Below, in pieces: positions 49,645 to 57,726 of a stretch of DNA of 64,000 nucleotides. The position numbers and the translations under genes are program-made. Under the pieces are notes generated by a model. The model saw only the letters and a list, made by a program, of their open reading frames with translations. It ran no database searches and was not told the origin of the DNA. The DNA lies in the NCBI GenBank assembly GCA_965249725.1, contig CBDFMQ010000002.1, positions 2,624,001 through 2,688,000 of the forward strand, read 5' to 3'. How positions within the stretch are numbered: the first letter of the stretch is position 1; every line of letters begins with the position of its first letter. The DNA is from Longimicrobiales bacterium (lineage in GTDB: Bacteria > Gemmatimonadota > Gemmatimonadetes > Longimicrobiales > Gaopeijiaceae).

Positions 49645-49724
49645 CCCTCGCCGGTTCTCTCGCCGGTTCTCTCGCCGGTGTCCCTCGCCGGTTCCCTCGC
49701 CGGTGTCCCTCGCTGGTTCCCTCG
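49645..49724. repeat. 12/13-bp degenerate tandem repeat x~6.5 (ccctcgccggtt)
   Basis: Direct reading; downstream of ada stop. Confidence 0.9.
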
Positions 49725-49765
49725 TGTCGACCGGCCCGAGAAGGTGGTGGTTCTGCCCGACCCCG

Positions 49766-50839
49766 CTAGTCGCCGCTCACGTCCTCGGCCGAAGCGATCC
49801 CCTCCACCTCGAGCAGCCTCTGTTTCCGCCAAAGTCCGCCGCCGTACCCGGTGAGCTTACCGTCCGCCCCGATCACACGATGGCACGGTATGAGGATGGC
49901 GATCCGGTTGTCCCCGTTGGCGCGGGCGACGGCCCTTACGGCCGTGGGACGTCCGATCTCCTTCGCGATCTCACCGTAGCTCTTGGTAGTTCCAGCCGGG
50001 ATGGCCCGTAACCGAGTCCACACGTCCCGTTGGAACGAAGTGCCCGGCGTGACCAGAGGAATCCGAAACTCCGTCGCCTCGCCCCGGAAGTAGGCCTCCA
50101 GTTCACGGGCCAGGCGGTCGAACACTTGGCTCGTTCCCGGCACGAACACACAGTCGAGGTGCTTTTGGAGCCGCACGAGTTGGGTCTCAAGCATGCGTCG
50201 GTCGGCGAATTCCAGGAGGCATACGGCGTCGTCGACCGCCCCCGCCACCATGGGGCCCAATGGCGTGGGAATGCGATTCACCGTAACCACCGTGGAGTTC
50301 TTCACATCCCGTGGTGTCTGTCCGACGAAGCGCTTGAAGGCCTCGTTGAATCCACTCAGCGATTCATAACCGGTACTGAACGCCGCTCGGCTGACACGGG
50401 ACCCCTGTTGGATTTGGCCGAGAGCCAGGCCCAGTCGTCGGACCCGTGAATAGGCGTGAAAGGTCATCCCGTGGTTCGTCTGGAACCAGCGGCGAACTCT
50501 CTCCGGACTGAGCCCACGGCTGCGGAGGTCTTGATCGGTCCAGCGCCGCTCGGGCTCGTCCTCGAAGTCCCTCATGAGACCGTCGAGCCAGTTTGGTAGG
50601 GCCCCTGATGGCTCCATGGGCCGACACCGCTTGCACGGCCGGAAGCCCGCCATCAGAGCTTCGCGGGTGGTGGTATAGAAATCGACGTTCTCCCTGCGCG
50701 GCTTCTTCGCAGAACAGGTCGGGCGGCAGAAGATGCCGGTGGTGCGCACGCCCGTGAAGAACACGCCGTCATAGGACCCGTCTCGGGACAGGAAGGCGGC
50801 GATCATCTCGCCGCGGTCTGGTAGCATGTGTGTATTCAT
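49766..50839 (-). CDS. ada: Bifunctional transcriptional activator / O6-methylguanine-DNA methyltransferase
   Basis: CRPTC..RPCKRC Zn site, AraC-type HTH, PCHRV. Confidence 0.95.
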   Translation of the reverse strand: MNTHMLPDRGEMIAAFLSRDGSYDGVFFTGVRTTGIFCRPTCSAKKPRRENVDFYTTTREALMAGFRPCKRCRPMEPSGALPNWLDGLMRDFEDEPERRWTDQDLRSRGLSPERVRRWFQTNHGMTFHAYSRVRRLGLALGQIQQGSRVSRAAFSTGYESLSGFNEAFKRFVGQTPRDVKNSTVVTVNRIPTPLGPMVAGAVDDAVCLLEFADRRMLETQLVRLQKHLDCVFVPGTSQVFDRLARELEAYFRGEATEFRIPLVTPGTSFQRDVWTRLRAIPAGTTKSYGEIAKEIGRPTAVRAVARANGDNRIAILIPCHRVIGADGKLTGYGGGLWRKQRLLEVEGIASAEDVSGD

Positions 50840-51140
50840 GAACGACAATCTGGGACATCGTCATCCGGCATTCCACCGGAAAACAGACGTTGAATTCTGG
50901 GACTTCAACGGCGGTCCTGAAACCCCATGCGCCACCCCCCGTCCTACTCGAGTTCGGGCCAACAGGCTCGACCGGTTCAGGCGCTCAGTAACGAAAAGAA
51001 CGGCTTCCCGTACAATTCCGGCGAGACTAGAGGGATGGCGAACGGGGCGCCCTAGCGTTCCAGAGTTCGTTTCGGCTACACTTGGGCTCAGTCCGCACTC
51101 GGGTTCACAACACCGACCCCACGATCAGGAGTACGTTTCC

Positions 51141-51530
51141 GTGAGAGCAGCCACGCTGGGAAGAATTCTGCTGCCGGCAGCATTGGTCATCCTGGTCGCC
51201 TGCGAGGGCCGGTCCAGCACCACTGTCGACGACCAGAGAGTCGTGGTGATTACGGTCTCGCCCCCGACCCCCACCGTGGAGGTTGGAAGCTCGATTCAAC
51301 TCTCGGCTCTCGCGAGGGACGTGAACAGCAACATCGTCAACGGCGCTTCATTCGTGTGGAGCAGCTTCAACGAATCCGTTGCGACCGTCGAGTCCGGCGG
51401 GCTCGTCACAGGCGTTGCGGTAGGCGCGGCCATTATCGACGCGCGCATCCCGGGCGTCTCGGTCACGGCAGGATCTGCTAGTTTGACGGTCGTCGCGGCG
51501 GCGGCGGCGGCCCCGGCCGGAGACCGTTAG
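51141..51530 (+). CDS. Ig-like (Big_2) lipoprotein
   Basis: Lipobox LVAC, WSSFNESVATV..GLVTGVAVG; AGGAG RBS. Confidence 0.8.
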   Translation: MRAATLGRILLPAALVILVACEGRSSTTVDDQRVVVITVSPPTPTVEVGSSIQLSALARDVNSNIVNGASFVWSSFNESVATVESGGLVTGVAVGAAIIDARIPGVSVTAGSASLTVVAAAAAAPAGDR

Positions 51531-52378
51531 ACCGGTTCGTCCCCCTCCGTCCAGAGGTGGCGCAGAAACCGCGCCGGCTGCGCCAGAAAATCCCTCATCA
51601 GGTTCACGTGCTCCAGCTCCTCGAAGGCTACGCTACCGACAGGTCGCTGATCGAAGCTGTAGATCTTGGCTCCGGGGATGGCCATCAGGATCGGCGAGTG
51701 GGTGGCGATGAGGAACTGAGAGCCATCGTCCACACTGTCCTTGATCATCGCCAGGAATGCCAGCTGGCTCTGCGGAGACAGCGCGGCCTCGGGCTCGTCC
51801 AAGAGGTAGAGGCCACCGGGCACCAAACGTGATTGGAAGAGCTTGAGAAAACTCTCCCCGTGGGAGTTCGCATCCAGGTTCTCACCGTACCTACCCTCCA
51901 TCTCACCCAGCGAGCGGTTGGCCGGGCCCTTTGCGAGCATCCGCGCGTACTCCGAGCGATCCTGATAGGCTTCGTCGATATTCCGGAGATCTTCCCTGAA
52001 CTCCGCCCGCATCTCCACCAGCCGGCGCGCAAAGCCGAAGAAGTCCTCCGCTCGAAGGAAGAACCCGAGACGGCTGCGGCGATTCCAGACCAGCTTCAGG
52101 CACTTGGCCAATCGGCCCTGAGCTTCGAGGCTCCGGTCCCGGGAGGCTGCAACGGAACCCACGGTCGGCAGCCCCGTAGCGATGGCCAGTGCCTCCATGA
52201 GCGTCGACTTTCCTGAGCCGTTCTCCCCGACGAAACAGCACACGGGACCGTCCAGATCGAGAGCCTCGAGCCCCTGGAGTGAAGTGACTGAAAAGGGAAA
52301 CGCCTTAGGGCTCCCGTCATCTTCCGGGAGCCTGAGCTCGATTCGCCTTAAAGGGGTGTCGTGCGACAGAAGGTCCAC
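51527..52378 (-). CDS. AAA/ABC-like predicted ATPase (start uncertain)
   Basis: GENGSGKST, FFLRAE, SHGESFL, LLDEPE, IATHSP. Confidence 0.88.
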   Translation of the reverse strand: MDLLSHDTPLRRIELRLPEDDGSPKAFPFSVTSLQGLEALDLDGPVCCFVGENGSGKSTLMEALAIATGLPTVGSVAASRDRSLEAQGRLAKCLKLVWNRRSRLGFFLRAEDFFGFARRLVEMRAEFREDLRNIDEAYQDRSEYARMLAKGPANRSLGEMEGRYGENLDANSHGESFLKLFQSRLVPGGLYLLDEPEAALSPQSQLAFLAMIKDSVDDGSQFLIATHSPILMAIPGAKIYSFDQRPVGSVAFEELEHVNLMRDFLAQPARFLRHLWTEGDEPV

Positions 52379-52481
52379 CTCGGCCGATGTGCTACGAAGG
52401 AGGGTGGCCCCTGGCCATCGAACCTCCGAACGCTCATCCTCAGTATTCCAGTGATCGGAATCAAGTCGGAGGCTCGAGAAC

Positions 52482-53849
52482 ATGACGATCAAGACGGTGA
52501 ATCCCGCCACCGAAAAGGTTCTTTCAGAGTATCCTGAGATGTCCGAGTCGGATGTCGAGACGGTCGTTCGTGAGGCGGATCGAGCGTTCCACGAGTGGCG
52601 TCGCGTTACACTCGCGGACCGCATCGAGCGGCTCCGCGCGCTGGCGGATCGGTTGCGCGAGGGTGAAGCGGACTACGCAGCCCTCATGAGCCGCGAGATG
52701 GGAAAGCCCCTTGCGGAGGGCGCCGCCGAAATCCAGAAGTGCGTGTGGGGCTGCGAGTATTACGCCGACCACGCCGTCGATTTCCTGGCCGACGAGGTGA
52801 TCGAGTCAGACGCGTCCCGTAGCTTCATCACCTACCAGCCTATCGGTGTGGTTCTGGCCGTCATGCCCTGGAACTTCCCGTTTTGGCAGGTCATCCGCTT
52901 CGCGGCTCCGACGCTGACCGCCGGCAACACGGCGATCCTCAAGCATGCGCCCAACGTCACCGGGTGCGCCTTGGCAATCGAGGCGTTGTTCCGGGCGGCG
53001 GGATACCCGGATCACGTCTTCAGCAGCCTCGTGGTGGACGTCCCCGCGGTGGAAGGGATCATCCGTGACGATCGCATCCAGGCAGTGACGCTCACCGGCA
53101 GTACTCGGGCGGGCAAGGCGGTCGCCGCCACGGCCGGGTCGGCCATCAAGAAGACCGTGCTGGAGCTCGGCGGCAGCGACCCGAGCGTCGTGCTGGCAGA
53201 CGCCGACGTGGCTGCGGCGGCCTCCGCATGTGTCACGAGCCGGCTCCTCAACGCCGGGCAAAGCTGCATCGCGGCGAAGCGGCTCATCGTGGTGGACGCC
53301 GTGCGGGACGAGTTCGAAGCGGCCGTCGTGGAGCGGATGTCCGAAGCCGTGGTGGGAAACCCCATGGATGCGGCCACGACCGTAGGCCCCATCGCCCGGG
53401 CCGATCTCAGGGACAACCTGCACCGCCAGGTCACCGAGAGCGTAGCCGGGGGTGCCCGAAGCCTGCTGGGTAGCGACCTACCTGAGACTCCGGGCTACTT
53501 CTACCCCTCGACCGTTCTTACCGATGTGGCTCCGGGAATGCCGGCCTATGACGAAGAGATCTTCGGGCCGGTCGCCGTGATCATCCCGGTGGCCGACGAA
53601 GAGGAGGCCTTGCGGGTAGCGAACGACACCGCGTATGGGCTCGGGGCTTCGATCTACACGCAAGACGTGGAGCGGGGACAACGCTTAGCGGCCGAGGCGC
53701 TGGACGCAGGGGCATGCTTCGTGAACTCGTTCCCGCGGTCCGATCCCCGACTCCCTTTCGGCGGCACCAAGCAGAGCGGATACGGACGGGAACTCTCGCC
53801 GTTCGGAATCCTGGAGTTCGTGAACATCAAGACGATCTGGGTCGCCTGA
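52482..53849 (+). CDS. NAD(P)-dependent succinate-semialdehyde dehydrogenase
   Basis: MPWNFPFWQ, LELGGSDP, GQSCIAAKR, EEIFGP. Confidence 0.9.
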   Translation: MTIKTVNPATEKVLSEYPEMSESDVETVVREADRAFHEWRRVTLADRIERLRALADRLREGEADYAALMSREMGKPLAEGAAEIQKCVWGCEYYADHAVDFLADEVIESDASRSFITYQPIGVVLAVMPWNFPFWQVIRFAAPTLTAGNTAILKHAPNVTGCALAIEALFRAAGYPDHVFSSLVVDVPAVEGIIRDDRIQAVTLTGSTRAGKAVAATAGSAIKKTVLELGGSDPSVVLADADVAAAASACVTSRLLNAGQSCIAAKRLIVVDAVRDEFEAAVVERMSEAVVGNPMDAATTVGPIARADLRDNLHRQVTESVAGGARSLLGSDLPETPGYFYPSTVLTDVAPGMPAYDEEIFGPVAVIIPVADEEEALRVANDTAYGLGASIYTQDVERGQRLAAEALDAGACFVNSFPRSDPRLPFGGTKQSGYGRELSPFGILEFVNIKTIWVA

Positions 53850-53940
53850 CGGGTTGGCATCTTTCCTGCATCTGAACCTCGGTAGGTGAGCGCACGAGCG
53901 TGCGCAGCGACGAGCACAATCAGATTCAGCAGGAGGCACG

Positions 53941-54648
53941 ATGATCAGCACGGGAACCAGGTCGTACACACTTACGGCCCTGACCCTTCTCCTCGCCGGC
54001 TCCACCGGAGCCTGTGCGCACGTGGGTCAGGATCAGTTCGACGCGGAGGTCCAGTCCCTGCGCCGTCAGATCGAGGAGGGCGACCGGGTCAACCAGCAGG
54101 GTCTGGATGATCTGGGAAGGCGGACCGACGACCAGATGGAGGAAATCTCGGCCCGTCTCGACGGGCTGGCGCGTGGTCTCTCGACACTCCAAGGCGAGTT
54201 CGACGTCACGGTGGAGCGTCTGGAGAGCGCCGTCCGCTTCGACATGCCGGTCTACTTCGCCTTCGACGAGGCGGTTTTGCGGTCGGAGGACCTTCCGGTC
54301 CTGGACCGATTCAGCAGCGTCGTCGCCGAGTTCTACCCCCAAGCGCTAATCACTGTGGAGGGGTTCACCGATCCCGCTGGTCCGGAAGCGTACAACCGAC
54401 AGCTAGGACTACGACGGGCAGACGCGGTCCGTGGCTACCTCGTGGAGTCAGGCGGACTCGCCGAGACCAGCTTCAAGACCGTGAGTTACGGGGAAGACAC
54501 GGCTCGCCTGGTGGCACCGGGTCAGGCCGGCCGGGAAAAGGGCTGGCAGAACAGGAGAGTCGCCCTCGTCATCGAGCACCTCGGTGAGTTGAGCGCCGGC
54601 GTGGGCGCCGGTGACGTGACCGACGGGGTCGATGGAGAGTCGCACTAG
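53941..54648 (+). CDS. OmpA-like peptidoglycan-binding lipoprotein with coiled coil
   Basis: Lipobox TGAC, VYFAFD, EGFTD, YNRQLGLRRA, NRRV. Confidence 0.9.
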   Translation: MISTGTRSYTLTALTLLLAGSTGACAHVGQDQFDAEVQSLRRQIEEGDRVNQQGLDDLGRRTDDQMEEISARLDGLARGLSTLQGEFDVTVERLESAVRFDMPVYFAFDEAVLRSEDLPVLDRFSSVVAEFYPQALITVEGFTDPAGPEAYNRQLGLRRADAVRGYLVESGGLAETSFKTVSYGEDTARLVAPGQAGREKGWQNRRVALVIEHLGELSAGVGAGDVTDGVDGESH

Positions 54649-55143
54649 GCCGGAGCTACGATCTCCAACTCGGTGGTGATGTCGACGCATCCCTCGATCG
54701 TTCTGTAGACCGGGCAGAATCCGTGATGCACTTCGTGTGAGCGCCGGGCGGTTTCCTCGTCCGCGGCGTCCGCAACCAGGTGGTAGAGAACATGGATCCG
54801 CTTGATCACGAGGACGCCGTCCTCCTTTTCGACTTCACCTCTCACGTCTGAAATGAGCCGTCCGTCGCTAGCCGATATCCCGCGCGCCTCCAGCGCGCCT
54901 CCGAGGGTCCCGGTCAGTCAGCCACCGGCGGCGGCCATGACGTGGTCGAGCGTCGTCGCGAACTCCTCCTCCGGCTCGACCCCATAGTGCTCGGCGATGG
55001 CGCCGTGCACGCCGAACATCGTCGGCTGGGGGGGTGGCGGGTAGGTAGGCTCGGCGTACCGGGCCCTTCATGCGTTCGATGCGGATGTCCGCCGTGTAGA
55101 CCACGTCACCCATCGGGGCTTCTCCCATCGGGGCTTCTCCCAT
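54645..55143 (-). CDS. OsmC/Ohr family protein, candidate selenoprotein (in-frame TGA 54918-54920; +1 frameshift at G7 55028-55034)
   Basis: Reconstructed ..ATTLDHVMAAAGG-U-LTGTLGGALEARG..HGFCPVYRTI; alternative starts 55113/55128/55143. Confidence 0.8.
54882..54898 (-). promoter_or_regulatory. Putative bacterial SECIS element
   Basis: GCGCGC-UGGAG-GCGCGC hairpin, loop 25 nt 3' of the UGA, G at loop position 2. Confidence 0.6.
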
Positions 55144-55156
55144 TGTGGCTTCTCCC
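55109..55156. repeat. 15-bp tandem repeat x3 duplicating RBS+ATG (MGEAP)
   Basis: Minus strand GGGAGAAGCCNCRATG units. Confidence 0.9.
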
Positions 55157-55297
55157 TTGATTGAGGTGCCCGATGGTATCGGCGGACCACGGGCGTGAGC
55201 AAGCGACGGGGGAACCTCCGCCCGACCTGGGATCGTATGTAAGGGTGCAGAGCCAGGGTCGTTGGCGAACCGGCAGTTGATCCGAGGGGGGTGCGGC

Positions 55298-56203
55298 ATG
55301 AGCGAGCGCGGTGGGGTCCCCATCATCTGGTCTTCCCGATACGAGGTGGACATCGGAAAGCACGTCTTTCCCGTGGAGAAGTACCGGCTGGTGAAGGATC
55401 GACTCAAAGAGACCGGCTGGCTCGAGAGGGCCCGGCTCGAATCACCGGAGCCGGCCTCGGAAGAGGCGATCCTCAGAGTCCATACGCCCGCCTATTGGGA
55501 GAAGATCACGACGGGGACCTTCACGTCCATGGAGGAACGTATCCTGGAGGTGCCGTTCTCTGATCGGCTGAGAGAAGCGTCCGTCCTGTGCGCCGGAGGA
55601 ACCACTCAGGCCGGACGATTGGCCGCCGAAGAGGGAGTAGCCGTTCACCTAGGCGGGGGATTCCATCATGCCTTCGCCGATCACGGCGAGGGCTTCTGTC
55701 TGCTCAACGACATCGCCATCGCGGCGGCCGGGCTGTTGGCGGAGGGTGTCGTCGAGCGCATCGCGGTCGTCGATCTCGATGTCCATCACGGGAATGGCAC
55801 CGCGTCCATCTTCGCGGACGAACCGCGGGTCTTCACGTTTTCCATGCATCACCAATGGAATTACCCGGCCCTGAAACCGGCTGGCGATCTGGACGTCGGC
55901 CTGGAAGATGGAGTGGGAGATGAAGAGTATCTCGGGCTTCTCGGGGAGCACCTGCCCCGCGTCCTCGATGAACATCAACCCCAGCTGATCCTCTATCTCG
56001 CCGGCGCCGACCCGTACGAGGCCGATCAGCTCGGAGGGCTGGCACTCACGAAGGAGGGCTTGAGAGCCAGGGATGAGCGGGTGCTGACGGTGGCCCGGGA
56101 TGCCGGCGTCGGCGTGGCGATCACCCTTGCCGGGGGATACGCCATTCGACCCGCGGATACCGTGGCGATTCATTGCGGAACGGTGGAAGCGGCTCTGTCC
56201 TGA
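55298..56203 (+). CDS. Histone deacetylase family protein
   Basis: GGGFHHA, GFCLLND, DLDVHHGNG, AGAD, GGY. Confidence 0.93.
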   Translation: MSERGGVPIIWSSRYEVDIGKHVFPVEKYRLVKDRLKETGWLERARLESPEPASEEAILRVHTPAYWEKITTGTFTSMEERILEVPFSDRLREASVLCAGGTTQAGRLAAEEGVAVHLGGGFHHAFADHGEGFCLLNDIAIAAAGLLAEGVVERIAVVDLDVHHGNGTASIFADEPRVFTFSMHHQWNYPALKPAGDLDVGLEDGVGDEEYLGLLGEHLPRVLDEHQPQLILYLAGADPYEADQLGGLALTKEGLRARDERVLTVARDAGVGVAITLAGGYAIRPADTVAIHCGTVEAALS

Positions 56204-56215
56204 TTCCGGCGGCGA

Positions 56216-56830
56216 TCAGCGGGGGAGGTCCATTACCTCCGTGACCTCCGTACCGATTCTCGTCTGAGCCGCGCGCAACGAACCCTCTTCGTCCACATTG
56301 TACTCCCCGCTCCAGAGGACGCCCCCCCCGTCGACGCGGAGGAGTTCGGCTACCAGTACTGTCGATGACCCACGCTCGACCTCACGCCCCACGAGCACCA
56401 TGTCCGCCGCGAGTAGACGCCCCACCGCCAGCGCGTCACCGCCGGGCGCCAAGAGGTCGGCGGTGCTTGCGGGGCCGAATACGCCTAGGTCTTTGGGATC
56501 CATCCGGCTGAAGTACGAGGCAAGACCTTCGCCGAAACCGGCGTAGCGGCTCGATCCAGGGGTCGTACCCTGGAAAGGGAGGATCGCAATCACCGGCCGC
56601 CCCTCCGGAATCCGACTCCTGCCCTCCAGGATCATGAAGGTCAACGATCCGACGACGAGGACCGAGACCGTGAGGACGATCGCCGCAAGGGTGCGACGGG
56701 CAGCGGCACGTCTGTCTTGGCGTGACGGTCCCCGTCCAGGTTCAGATCCCCGGCTCACTTCCGGGCCTGGTGCGGGTTCTGATCCCGGTCCTGCTCCTGT
56801 CCCTGGGGGTGTCTCGGAGGGTCGGCTCAT
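56216..56830 (-). CDS. Membrane protein with TolB-N-like domain
   Basis: Pro-rich N-terminus, TM, IAILPF..VGRLLAADMVLVG..LWSGEY. Confidence 0.65.
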   Translation of the reverse strand: MSRPSETPPGTGAGPGSEPAPGPEVSRGSEPGRGPSRQDRRAAARRTLAAIVLTVSVLVVGSLTFMILEGRSRIPEGRPVIAILPFQGTTPGSSRYAGFGEGLASYFSRMDPKDLGVFGPASTADLLAPGGDALAVGRLLAADMVLVGREVERGSSTVLVAELLRVDGGGVLWSGEYNVDEEGSLRAAQTRIGTEVTEVMDLPR

Positions 56831-57714
56831 GGGAGGAAGCTGATGCCCAGACCGAAGAAGCTCTCGTCCATTTCGTCCATTTGCATCATCGGTGACGAAC
56901 CGAAGTGACCCCGCGCCTCGAGGCGCAGGAGTCGTCCGTTGACCCTGGCCCCCATCCCGGCCACCAGCGTCGTCCCTGGATTTCGGGTGAAGGACGGGTA
57001 TTCGAGGTTAGCGGCGACGAAGGGCCAAACTCGGTCATCCGCTCCAGAGCCACTGGGGTCCCACTCCAACCCGGTCCGAAAGGCGCCTCTCGAAAGCCTC
57101 GGGTTGATATGGAAGTTGAGATCACCGCCGGCATAGATCCGTCCACCGCCGCCGAACGTCCTTGCCAGCAGGCCCTCGACTCCATCCTTCGTTCACTGAA
57201 GCAGCTCGCCATCCCGTTGTAGGGTGCTCTCCGGAAAGCGGGTCAGGTAGTCGTCCCCCACATGCGAACTCATATGGCGTACCGTGATTCTCACCTGCCA
57301 CTCGTCGTGGCGGACGGCGATGGGCAGACCGACCCGATAGTCGATGTTGATCAGGTCCTTCTGCGTGCTCTGCATATAGAACCGTGAGAAGATGCCCAAC
57401 TCGTAGCCCAGAGTCACCGCGCGGTCGATCGTAGAGCCACCGTCCATGCGAAGGATGTCCAAGCTATGACCGATCACTACCTCCGCCTCGATGTTGCGGC
57501 CCGGATAGTCCAGGGCATCCGGCCGGTCCGCGAGGATGAAGGATCCCCTGAACTGGGTTTCTCGCGGAGCTGCGAGGAGGGGATCGAAGGGACGCAGGCC
57601 AGGCAACCAGCGTGGCGTCTCCTGTCCCTCGAGCGGCGCGGGACGCACGGAGGGGCCGACGAGGGCCAGGAAGAGGAGTGCCGACACCACCCTCGCCGAT
57701 AGACGGAGTCTCAC
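56827..57714 (-). pseudogene. DUF1207-like outer-membrane protein interrupted by in-frame TGA at 57193-57195
   Basis: Signal peptide, PLLAAPRE, DLINIDY, HMSSHVGDDY; the same frame continues 122 codons to a barrel-type end FGLGISFLP. Confidence 0.7.
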
Positions 57715-57726
57715 TCGCGGACGCGT

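Noticed and set aside
51527..52378. AAA ATPase as part of an anti-phage defence system
   Set aside because: No adjacent nuclease or effector gene; flanked by ordinary metabolic and envelope genes
54918..57195. Genome-wide TGA reassignment (code 4/25)
   Set aside because: Many well-conserved genes end at TGA in the expected place, often overlapping the next start; only two in-frame TGAs were found
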